DNA of 64,000 nucleotides from Camelus dromedarius (taxonomy: Eukaryota). The notes beneath the pieces are model-generated. The model ran no database searches and was not told the origin of the DNA. It saw only the letters and a program-made list of their open reading frames with translations. Positions 1 to 11,240 of this stretch are shown piece after piece; positions within the stretch are counted from its first letter, which is position 1; each line of letters begins with the position of its first letter. The stretch spans positions 56,112,001 to 56,176,000 of the forward strand of contig NC_087437.1 in NCBI RefSeq assembly GCF_036321535.1, given 5' to 3'. A program made the translations under genes and the position numbers.

Positions 1-129
1 CATCCAGCAGCGTGACATGAAGATGCAGGGCCAGAGGTTATATTGTCAGGAAAATGCATCCCGGAGCACCCAACAGATGAAATGCAGAGCAGCAGAAGGC
101 AAAGCAGTCTTCGGAATGCATTGATCTAG

Positions 130-769
130 GACACAATGAGAAGGAAATTCTTCCAGACATCAGATGTGTAAACTATAAACATACATTTGGGACAAAATGA
201 CAAAAAAGTGAAACAGTAGTTTTCCACACACTGAACATAAGGTAACAAAGAGAAGAAATCACTGAGAAGCCAATGAGCACTGCAGTTGCCCTGTCTTACT
301 GCCTTGAGAGAGTTCCTAGGCTGAGGCACAGGAGAAGCTCACAGACTCAATGACTGAGGAGGCCAGTCTGAAAGCCTGGGAAGATACAGGCACCAGTGTT
401 CACGTGGCAGAGTGCCGGAGAGCTGACTGCCATACACAGAGATAACTCCAGAAATCTGCAGTCTTCCTCAGGTATGAAGTAATTAGCAGCAACAGTGCTT
501 GGAGCTCACAGATGGCCAAGAAGAATGCCTCTTCCCACACAACCAGACAAGAAAAACTCCTAATTTATGGAGCATTTGGATAGAGAACTCAGAACAAGGG
601 TGTTGTCTTAGTAGTAGGATAAAATTAGCCCTAGGATAAATACTATTCTGTACAATCTTAGAAAAGCTTAAAAGCAAGGCTTAAGAGGATCAGATGGTTT
701 CCAAGTAACTTAACATCATGCCAGAGAAAAGATAAAAAATCTTTATAAGAATACAAAAATATTCAGTAG
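130..769 (+). mobile_element. Ancient LINE-1 (L1MC/L1MD-type) 5' region, left piece
   Basis: A-rich degenerate sequence ending ...aatacaaaaatattcag that resumes at 2371 (gcactcagcaatgtaaacttcacaatgcctggcatc) after an MLT1 insertion; resembles old L1M 5' ends. Left boundary approximate. Confidence 0.6.
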
Positions 770-832
770 TGTATTCATTCCCTAGCTGCCATACAAAGTA
801 TCAAAAACTGTGTAGCTTAATACAATAGGAAT

Positions 833-1680
833 CTTTTAAAATTGAAGTATAGTCAGTTTACAGTGTTGTGTCAATTTCTGGTGTACATCAAAGTGTCCCA
901 GTCATACATATACATACATATAATCATTTTCATATTTTTTTCATTATAGGTTACTACAAGACATTAAATATAGTTCCCTGTGTTATACAGTATAAAATTG
1001 TTGTTTATCTATTTTATATGTAGTAGTTTCTGCAAATCTCAAACTCCCAATTTATCTCTTCCCACTCCCTTCCCCCACTGGTAACCATAAGTTTGTTTTC
1101 TATGTCTGTGAGTCTGTTTATGTTTTGTAAATAAGTTCATTTTGTCTTTTTTTTTTTTTTTAGATTCCACATATATGTGATATATCATATTTTTCTTTCT
1201 CTTTCTGGCTTACTTCACTCAGAATGACAATCTCCAGGTCCATCCATATCGCTGCAGATGGCATTATTTTATTCTTTTTTATGGCTGAGTAGTATTCCAT
1301 TATATAAATATACCACAACTTCTTTATCCAGTATTCTGTTGATGGTTGTTTCCATGTCTTGGCTATTGTAAATAGCACTGCTATGAACATTGGCGTGCAT
1401 GTATCTTTTTGAATTAAAGATCCCTCCAGATATATGCCCAGGAGTGGGATTTCTGGATCATATGGTAAGTCTATTTTTAGTTTTTTGAGGAATCTCCATA
1501 CTGTTTTCCATAATGGCTGCACCAAACTACATTCCCACCAGCAGTGTAGGAGGGTTTCCTTTTCTCTACACCCTCTCCAGCATTTCTCATTTGTGGACTT
1601 TTGAATGATGACCATTCTGACTGGTGTGAGGTGATACTTCATTGTAGTTTTGACTTGCATTTTTCTGATAATTAGTGATA
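833..1680 (-). mobile_element. Lineage LINE-1 3' end (ORF2p C-terminus plus 3' UTR), non-inverted segment
   Basis: Minus ORF encodes YHLTPVRM...[18 protein letters not shown]...[13 protein letters not shown], the L1 ORF2p cysteine-rich domain; 3' UTR attgaagtatagtcagtttac; diverged TSD ttaatacaataggaat (817-832) / ttaaaacaacagaaat (1942-1957). Confidence 0.95.
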
Positions 1681-1941
1681 TTTGTTCAGCAAAGGAAACC
1701 ACAAGCAAAACAAAAAGACAACCTACAGAATGGGAGAAAATATTTGCAAAAGATGAGAGTGACAAAGGTTTAATTTCCAGAATATATAAACAGCTAATAC
1801 AACTTAATAAAAAAAACCAAAACAGCCCAATCCAAAAATGGGCAGAAGACCTAAACAAGCAATTCTCCAATGAAGACATACAAATAGCCAATAGGCACAT
1901 GAAAAGGTGCTCAATATCACTAATTATCAGAGAAATGCAAA
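1681..1941 (+). mobile_element. Inverted 5' segment of the same LINE-1 (ORF2 fragment)
   Basis: Plus ORF gives [12 protein letters not shown]...[11 protein letters not shown]...[14 protein letters not shown]...[19 protein letters not shown], the ORF2p region just upstream of the minus-strand piece. Confidence 0.93.
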
Positions 1942-2370
1942 TTAAAACAACAGAAATTTATTGTCTCCCTGTTCTGGAGGCCAGACGTCTGAAATCAAGG
2001 TATCATCAGAATCATGCTCCCTCTGAAGATACTAGAGAAGGAATGATTTCAAGCTTCTTTCTTCACCTCTGGTGGCCTCAGGTGTTCCTTGTTTCATAGA
2101 TGCATCTTTCCAGTCCTCTGTCTTCATTTACTGTTCTCCCTGTGTGTCTTCACATTGTCTTCCCTCTGTGCACATCTGTTTCTGTGTCCAAATTTCTTCT
2201 TTTTATAGGGACACTAGTCACATTGCATTAAGGCCCATCCTACTGACTTCACCTTAACTTGATTACCTCTGTAAAGACTCTTTTTTCTTTCCAAAAAAAG
2301 GTCACATTCTGCCGTAATGGGATTAGACTTTAACACTTCTTTTTTGAGGAGCATGATTCAACTCGTAACA

Positions 2371-4680
2371 GGCACTCAGCAATGTAAACTTCACAATGCC
2401 TGGCATCTAGCCAAAATTGCCTGGCATGCAAAAAACAAAAAATATGATAGACAATAAAGAGAAAAATCCATCAGTCATAACCAACCCAGAACTGTCACAG
2501 GTGTAAGAATTATCAGCAAGGACATTAAAATAGTTATAATCCTATTTATATGTTCAAAAACTAGAAGAAATGTTGGTTATATTAGGTAGAGACATTGAAG
2601 ATATTTTTTTAAAAATCCAAATCGAATTTCTACAAATGAGAATTAAAATATCTGAGATAAAAAAAAATGCATTCTCTGGATTAATGACAGATTAGAAACA
2701 ATAGAAGGAAAGATTAGTGAGTTGAAGGCATAAGAATGGAGAAACTATCAAAATGAAATGCAAAAAACAAAAAGATTGAAAAAAAAAATACTTAGCATCA
2801 GTGAGTTCTAGAATGCCAAGTTACTTGCAAGTAACTCAAGTCCCTGAAGGAAAGTACAGATGGAAAAAAGAAAATATTTGCAGAAAAAATAACCAACCTT
2901 TTTCAAATTTGATGAAAACTATAAACTTAGAGATTCTGTAAGCCCAGTAAACTTCAAACATAAAAATGATGAAAAGAACTAACACAAGGGACATAATAAT
3001 TAAATTGCTCAAAACCAATCATAAAAAAGAAAACTTTTTTAAAACCCAGAGGAAGTATGTACAGAGGAGCAAAGATGGGTAACAGAAAATTTCTTGTGGG
3101 GAACAATGCAAAGAAGACAGTGATGGCGCTTTTTGAAAGTATTTAGAAAAAAAATTGTCAACCTAAAATTCTATGTTTAGTGAAAATATAATTCAAAATG
3201 AAGGCAAAATAAAGGCTTTTTTGGAAATACACAAAAGCCTTAAAAAAAAAAATCACCAGGAGACCAGCACAAAGAAAGAATGTTAAAGAAAGTCATTTAG
3301 GAAGAAAGAAAAAAATAATAGCATATGGAAATAAAGGAATTAAGAAGCCTAGAAATGATAATTATATGAATTAAATATGTATGACTTCATAAAATTATCT
3401 CTTAAATCTATGTAAAAGATAATTAGCTATTTAAACCAACACAGTACCGATGTAATTGGTGTTTATAACAAATGTGTAAGTAATGTTTATGACAGCAATA
3501 ACATAAAGGTCAGCAGAAGAGAAATGGGGGTATGTTCTTATAGAATTATTATATATAAAGTGGTATAATATCACTAGAGAGTATAAATTGTAATAAGATA
3601 AAGAAGCTTCTGTAATAAAAATACAAAAAATTGTAGCTAATAAGCCAATAAAGGAGATAATATGGAATCATAATAAATACCAAAAGAAGGCAGAAAAGAG
3701 GGGAAGGGAACAAAGAACAGATGAGACAAAGAGGGAACAAAAATGCAAGATGGGAAATTTAAACCTAAATGCCTCAATAATCACATTAAATGTAAATAGT
3801 CTCAACAGCCAATTAAAAGTTAGAGACCATCAAACTGGATAAAAAGCAAGTGCCAACTATATGCTGCTTAAAAGAAACCCACTTTAAATGAAAAAAAAAA
3901 ACACAGTTTAAAACTAAGATGATAAGAAAAGATATAATAAGCTAATACTAAATCTGAAGAAAGTTTTAATGGCTATATTAATATCAGGCAAAGTAAGTTT
4001 TTCGGAACAAAGAATATTATCAGGGAGAATAAAGGCCATTTTATAATGATAAGGTGTTCCGTTAATCAAGACAACACAACATCTCTGTACATTTATGTAC
4101 TTAATTACAGAGCTTCAAAATGAAAGAAGAAAAAATACTGGTGGAAATGCAAAGAGAAATAGACAAATTCACATTTAGTTGAATTTTAACATTCCTCTTC
4201 CAATAATCAATAGAAAAAAAAAGCAGATAGAAAATGAGTAAATATATAGAAAACAACACAAACACTATCAACCAACTGGATCTGACATGTATAGAGCCCT
4301 CTACCCAACAAGGACAGAATGCCTGTTATTTTTAAGGTACACAGAAAGCTTAACAAGATACACTATATCCTGGGTCATAAAATGAGCATCAATAAATTTA
4401 AAGGAATTCAAAGCCTTCAGTGTATGTTCTCTGTCAATAATGGAATAAAATTAGATATTAAGCAGTGAAAGATATCTGGATAACCCTTATATTTGGAAAT
4501 TAAATAACGCACTTCTAAATATGTCAAAGAACATACGTCCTATGTGAATCAAAAAGGAAATGAAGAAGGATTTTGAATTGAATGAAAATGAAGCCATCCT
4601 CAAAATTTGCAGGATTGCCACTAAAGTAATATTTAAAGGAAATTTATAGCACTGAACACCTTCATCAGAAGGAAATATAA
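2371..4680 (+). mobile_element. Ancient LINE-1 (L1MC/L1MD-type) ORF1 and ORF2 endonuclease remnant
   Basis: Strongly A-rich degenerate L1 motifs: acattaaatgtaaatagtctcaac, actggataaaaagcaag, ggctatattaatatcaggcaaagta, ctgggtcataaaatgagcatcaataaattt; no intact ORF. Confidence 0.85.
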
Positions 4681-4859
4681 ACATATGAACTGATGACACT
4701 AGAAAGCCTTGGACATGTTACTAGCAAAGATCTTCTACCTTCATACCCTGCAATATGGTTATAAGATCATACAGAATTGATCCAGGTGGGCACTAATTTT
4801 TCTTAGTAAATGTTTAAAAACATGACTGTATCAGAACTTTCCAAGTACCTTCATATACA

Positions 4860-4995
4860 CTTTCTCCCTAAATGTTCCTCGTGAATCAGGAAGATATTCC
4901 TGTTTCCTTTAACAAATGAGGAAATTAAGTCAGAGAGTTAAAGTGGATTTGAGGCCACATACCCTATGAGTAGCAACCAACATCTATGACTTTGG
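4860..4995 (-). mobile_element. MIR SINE fragment
   Basis: tttaacaaatgaggaaattaagtcagagagttaaagt, degenerate MIR core. Confidence 0.6.
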
Positions 4996-5599
4996 AATTA
5001 TAACCCAGTGTTTTTTTTCTTATCTTAGACAGAAGAAGCTTTATATGACCATGAAGCACAGATAACATCAAGGCATTGCACAGATGGAGAAGTGTAAATG
5101 GTAGGAACCCGACCAATTTCCCTGTGGGAATTCTAGTACTCTCCAGAATGTACATTCTGAGGCCAAGACAATGCCTTTATTGAGGGGCTTAACTGGGGAC
5201 ATGACCAGGAACATTCATAACAGAGACATTTACAAGGTTTGGTCGAGAGACACTTGTACATTTTCCATGTGACACATTTTTTAACTGAAGATCTTGTTTG
5301 AGGATTTAATCTCTCTCAGCAGTCACTGCTTGCTAAACCACTTTACTTTCTTCATTTGAAAGGTGGAATGAAGTTGTGGTAAGTTGTAGGAAATATGGAA
5401 TAGAGAAAAACAAACCACTTGAAGTGGGATATAGATTGGAGAAAAACGCATTTTATTGTCTCAGTCGAAGAAGATGACTTAAATGAGTTGCTGCCTGCCA
5501 GGCCACAGCATGTGGCATAAGCACGGAAAACAGTGAGGTCATGGGAATAGCTCATTATCCCTAACGCAGTATCGATTTTAATAGAAGCCTGATTGGTGC

Positions 5600-5780
5600 T
5601 TGGTGTGATGTTAAAAAGCACTGGACTGGAAGTCAAGACATGTGGGTCCTAGTCCTCGTTTGACTGGTAACCAGATGTGTGATTTTAGTCAGTTCCTCTT
5701 TTTTGGCCTCTGTTTGACTGTTTGTGAACAAATAATGAAGGGATAAGTTTAGATGATATGTAGGGACTTTTCCAGTTTGA
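5600..5780 (+). mobile_element. MIR SINE fragment
   Basis: aaaagcactggactggaagtcaagacatgtgggtcctagtcc...tgtgtgattttagtc. Confidence 0.65.
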
Positions 5781-6049
5781 CAATTAATCAATATATATTT
5801 ACTTACCACCTATATGTGCCAGAAACATTATTATGTGCTGAGAATGCATTAATACACAAAATAGACTTGATGTTTCTCAACTGAGAATTGGTCTTTCATC
5901 AACTGAGAAACCTCAACGTCTTAACTGATGTTTCTCAAAAGAGTCAATACAGCAGATTGATAAGGACTTTACGGGGCCTTAAAGTATTCCTGAGAAGTAA
6001 GGAAGCCCCAGGAGTACTATTGCTGTGCCTGAGGGGGGATATATACTTT

Positions 6050-6540
6050 TATTAACATTTTACTGCAACTCCCCCGCTTTACCCTCTCGTTACTTTTTCT
6101 GGAGCCATTGCAACCACCTCTTCACTAGTCTCTGTTTCCATCCTCAGTCCCTCCACGCAGCCATACAGATTCCTATCAGAAGTTATCAGTGTGGCAAGAA
6201 ACAGTATCATTCCCTTTTCAAAACATCCTGTCTTCCCTTGGCAAACACAAGCATGCACAAATTCCCTAAGATGAGATCCAAAGCTTTTGATGCTCTCGTC
6301 TGAAATTTCCTTTCCTATTTTTGCCCATCTCACACACCCGTCTATACTCTCATACAGCTACGATTAATCTCGACAGCCATACGATGTATTGCAATCTCAC
6401 TTCCCAGTGTTAGTTTCTGTCTCTATGCCAGGAGCCCTTGAAGCAGAGCAAGGGGTAGATATTTATGTCTGAATCCCAATGCATAAACTGGCACTCGGTG
6501 GCCCAGTAGGTACTCAATAAATATTTGTGGAATTGATTGG
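6050..6540 (+). mobile_element. L2 LINE 3' fragment
   Basis: Ends ggcccagtaggtactcaataaatatttgtggaattgattg, the L2 3' terminus. Confidence 0.75.
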
Positions 6541-6619
6541 ATACCCTTTTGGCAGGATATTTCCCTACCCACTGTGTCTGCAAGTTCTCAGTAAATAACT
6601 TGATTGTTGCCTCACCAGC

Positions 6620-6780
6620 GCTAGGCAATGGTCTGTGAATTCCGAGCATCAACTCCACCTGGGAGCTTAAGAAATGCAAATTCTTGAGACATGTCCCAAC
6701 TATCTTTGAAGGTGAGAACTAGTAACTCCAGGCCTCTCCAGAATTCTTATGCCTGCTAAAGTTTGAGCAGCATGCTCCTA
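6620..6780. mobile_element. MER5A-like hAT-Charlie DNA transposon
   Basis: agcatcaactccacctgggagcttaagaaatgcaaattctt...gctaaagtttgagcagcatgc. Confidence 0.7.
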
Positions 6781-7169
6781 AACCATTACCAGAAATGAAT
6801 TTATAGACTCTGACTCATTTTTCATTTGATAAAAATGTGGTTATTCAACCAGTGCCAAAACACTTTGGCCAGGGGTTCTGCTGGTTGATTAAAATCTAAA
6901 AACAAAGCCAGCATAAAGCCTGAGCACTGGCAAAGTCCAGACAAATGCCAAGACTTTTTTTAAGTTGCTTTGCTTATCACAGCTCTATCATAGTCTCCCA
7001 ATGAAAAACAGCAAAAATAAACACTTGCAAAGTTACACAGTGTGATCAAACTCCCCTACACTACAGAAGTGATGGGTATTAGGCAAGGGCTAGGGAGGTG
7101 ATGATATGTTAATTCTCCTTGATAATACAACTTGAATTTACAGAGCTCTCCATGACATTAATCCTTTAT

Positions 7170-8000
7170 TCACTAATTAGATCCTTTACTCTTTCCACTA
7201 ATACTTATTGAAGGCCTACTATGTGTGTAACTATTATGTCAACCATTGCAGAGTTACACAAATAATTCAAAGGCATAGGCTTTGTGCTCAAATTGCTAGC
7301 TATAATAGAGGAAGTACACAATAAATGTGCAGTTTTAAAGTGATGCCATATGTGTTAACAAAGAGTAAACACCAGTTGTCAGCCAGCCCAGCACATGAGC
7401 CCTAACTCAGCTTCCAGGCCTTGGAAGGCTTTCTGAAGGAACTGGTATGTGGGCTGAGTTCAGATGCACAAATGAGAGTTATTCAGGCTGAGGATGCAAG
7501 GAGAAGGGAAGGAGCAGACAATAGGGCAAAAGGATATTCCAGTGGAGGAAACTGCATTTACATCGGCCTTAGAACACCCTCATGAATCCCTCTTAAGACA
7601 TATTAAGGTGTTTGAACTTCATCCTTGAGAAGGGGTGAAAGGAATTAGGGTGAGGGGCTGGAGGGCAGGAGGCAAGTTTGGCCGGAATGAACTGAAAAGA
7701 TTTAAAGCATCGAAATTGCCATAGTTTAACTTCTGTTTTGGAAGAATAGTCTGGCTGGACTGTATATAACTAATTGGAATGGGACAAGACTGGATGCAGG
7801 GAGACCCAATAGAAGTTTTATGATTTGAACTAAGTGCCAGTGATGAAGGGAGAAAGGGTGGCTGCAAGAGGTTAAATGCCAAGAAGCAACAGGCTTAATG
7901 TCATGATGGATGTGTGATGGAAAACAAGTCTAAGATGGAACCTAGGTTGGGTCTTGGGACAACGGAGCTAGGGAATTTAAGAGTTGCAGTGGGATGAGGG
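7170..8000 (-). mobile_element. L2 LINE fragment
   Basis: ctaatacttattgaaggcctactatgtg...gaagaatagtctggctg...atgatggatgtgtg; purine-rich antisense L2. Confidence 0.7.
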
Positions 8001-10504
8001 AGTCAGGGAGTGGACAGCAGTAGTTGAGAGAGCAATGAGGACGATTTAACCTCAAAGAGGGGATGTTTTTTGAAAGCTGGAAGTCTGTTGCTCTTCAAAG
8101 GCACACTGTGACACCACCAGCTCTGCTCTGGATGTTCCACAGATATTTCTGAGTAAGTGCGCTCCATTGCACAAACCAAGAATCTGCAGAGCACTCTGGA
8201 TTGAGGAGGCGGTGTGGCCATAAAACAGCTCTTTGTTCCATTACTCAGTTCAGTGAACCAAGGAAAGTCTGAAGACTGAAGACTCTGCCCCTAAGTTGCT
8301 CATATCCTCTGTATTTTTTTTTTTTCATTTGAGAAGTGGGAAAAAAATACTATATTAACCTACTTTGCATAGCTTCCCTTAGGAATTTCCACTTAAAGTA
8401 CATATAAAACATTGTATAAATTGAATATGATCATAAATGCATAACAGCAGATTTGCTAAACTTAAAAAAAAAAAAAAGAATTCCTAATCTGTGAATTTTT
8501 TCACCAGTCTGGAACTTATTTGAAGCCACAAGCTCTGAGTTTTATAAACTGAGTATTTACTACCCTGTCCCTCAGTATAAGCTCAGGGAGAATATAATAT
8601 TTTCTCTTATGTAATTAAAGCAAGTAAAATCTTAACCTTAGAAACGTTTGCTTTGGGATTAGAAACCCAGAACACTTTTCATGCACTGCTGCTTCGTGTT
8701 CTATTATCCCATTTTGATTAAAAGGTGATTTTTTTTTTTTAGAAGGTGATATTTTGAAGGGAAAAATTGTTTGATTAGTTTCAGAGAGTTTGAACTTCAG
8801 TCCCAGATTCGATAGTGCCTAGCTGGGTGGCCCTCAGGCAGGCCTCTCTGTCTCTTACTCCTCAGTGACTTCATCCGTACTATGGAATGAAGGTAATAGT
8901 TCTTGTTTTGCTCTCCTCACTGGCATCACCCGACAGTTACTTAGGACGGGTTTACTTAGGGCTTCCTATATGCAGGGCAGCTTGCTAGATTTGGTGAAGC
9001 AGAGGGAATAGATGGTATGGTTGTGGAGACACATATTTAACTGGAAACATTACAAAACAACACGGCAGTGATCGTTCAAACACATATAGAAGGACCAAGA
9101 ACAGAACAACTAACAGCCTGGCCAAATCAAGGAAGGAGATACTATTTGTGCCAAAATCTTGAAGGATCTGGATGAGTAAATGGATAGTTGAAGGTCTTTG
9201 CATTCTGAATAGCATATAATAAAGGCACAGGGTCATGCTTGCAGATTATAAGAGATAATTGTTACTATTAAGAATCATGTATATATATCAGTACTACTCA
9301 AAAAAGGATGCAAGGCTCAGGTAATCTTTTCCATCTACAAGGCCCATACCTTTACCCATCATTATTACCTCTTTAACCAAACTACGCAAATGCACCCTGA
9401 AACACCCCAGTATGAGTACTGTACACAAACTTTGTGGTCTGAAATACTGGAAAGGTTATGGCCTAAAGGATATTACCCAAGGGATCCAAGAGCAATGAAT
9501 TGAAAAGGTGAGTATGAGTCAAAGTCTTCAGCGTTCAACAAAGTTCAAAGCCAAGGAATCCAAGCATCCATGCCAAGTCCAAAGGGCAGAAGGGAGACCA
9601 CAAGATGGAAATGAAATCAAGGGTTAAGGACAGGATGAAAAGTGGCATGGCACCAGCTCATGAAAGGAGGAAAGGTCCTGGAATCTAGTACTGGAATGTG
9701 GTAACCTTTTTTTTTTACTGGTCATCGAGCACATGGAATGAGTTGTGTATGGTCGATTTTATTTATTTTTTTCCTAGCTCTGTTTTTGCATTTCCTTAAT
9801 TCCACTTCTTGTATTACCTATATGATCTGTATCTTGGTTTAAAAAGAGTTCTGGCTTTTAAATCCAGCTTGATCTTCCCATCTATCTTTACCATTGCCCT
9901 ATTTACCCCAGACATTAATTCATTCTACAGATACTCTAATTCTCTCCCTTTTTATTTATTATAAAAGTTAATGTTTAGAAAAATGTATCCAAACTGTATT
10001 CAAATACTTACTAATGAAACAGAGTAAACTATTTTCTTCTTATAAGTTTTTAAGATTTGAGGGGAGGGTTGGAAAATATAATACTCAGGATGTAGGAAAA
10101 CAGACACTTTCACATCATTCGCACGGGAGTGAGAAAATTTGTAAATATCTTATAAATGATGGGGTGACTGCCCACTGATCAAATAGTTTTATTTACACCA
10201 CTGAGCAAAATTTTGAGGACCAATACTTCATTTATCTATGTTCAAAGAAATATAAAATATAATAGTTGATACAGTTTATAGTCTAGTAGATTTTATAACT
10301 CTTAATAGAAAGTTTTTGAATATCCCATGTTGGTAACATAGTGAGAAAACAGACATCCTCTAGGACTACTAATGAGAATTAAAAATAGTCAGAGCTTTCT
10401 AGTGAGCAGTTTAACTACGGATGTAAAACGTTAATAAATGTCTCATACCATTTGTCTCAGAAGATCCACTTCCAGACATTTAGCTTCTAGTTGGAGAACA
10501 TTAT

Positions 10505-10580
10505 GTCCCCACATTCTGACTGTCACAGAAACTCATTTCACAGTGAAAAAGTGCAGCAATGAATGTACACCCCTGGAAAA
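10505..10580 (+). mobile_element. ERVL/MaLR-internal integrase-like fragment
   Basis: tctgac...gaaactcatttcacagtgaaaaagtgcagcaatga translates near SD..ETHFTVK.VQQ, resembling the ERVL integrase motif SDQGTHFTAKEVQQWA. Confidence 0.5.
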
Positions 10581-10959
10581 GAAAGGCTTCTAATGCTAAT
10601 TTTAAATACTTCTGGACTCTAGGCTCTTTCCTTCTCTCATTAGTCAGAAAGTCCTAAATACTAAGTCTCACATTGTGCAAGAATTATACATTGGGCACTT
10701 CTAACCGTGTTTAGTTCAATTTCTTGTATGATGCCAACAATTCATGCTCTTTTCTTTTTTCTTAAGTATTAACTTATGTCTTTATTTGAGATTTATCTTG
10801 CTTTTCAATTGGGAATTTTCTTTTGATTTTACTGGGAAGGAGTTAAACATGTTTAAGATAAAATTAGGGTAGTGTAGAGCCTAGAAAAGCATTGTGCTCC
10901 AAATACATACATACTGTTAAAAATTAAAACAAAATTAATCATTTCCTGTGTTTAATAAC

Positions 10960-11240
10960 ATTTTTATTGAGTTCTCTGGTCTGCAACTTACATTTTATGT
11001 GTTATGTTTTGTACAATATCTTAAATTGCACAAGAGTTTTATGAGACGTGATATTATTTCTTTCTCACAACAACCTTATAAATAAGATTTATTAAATTTT
11101 GAAGATCATGAAAATGAGTCTTAGGGCGGTAAAGTGACTTGTGGAAGATTCAGCTAATAATAGTTACTAGCTGAGTAACTCAGATTCGAGTCTTGTGCCT
11201 CCTGGACTTGGGCTCTGTATATCATACCGGATGCCATTCT
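10960..11240 (-). mobile_element. MIR SINE
   Basis: ctcacaacaaccttat...gaaaatgagtcttagggcggtaaagtgacttg...gattcgagtc. Confidence 0.65.

Larger units (their letters stand above)
770..2370 (-). mobile_element. MaLR LTR (MLT1B/C-like), split by a younger L1 (pieces 770-832 and 1942-2370)
   Basis: tgtatt...ctgccatacaaagtatcaaaaactgtgtagcttaa, then ttaaaacaacagaaatttattgtctccctgttctggaggccag...attcaactcgtaaca; typical MLT1 motifs with TG...CA ends. Confidence 0.85.

Noticed and set aside
1160..2099. 246-aa and 149-aa ORFs as host genes or a novel fusion protein
   Set aside because: They are L1 ORF2p fragments read across an inversion junction and into MLT1; no endonuclease or RT domain and no promoter.
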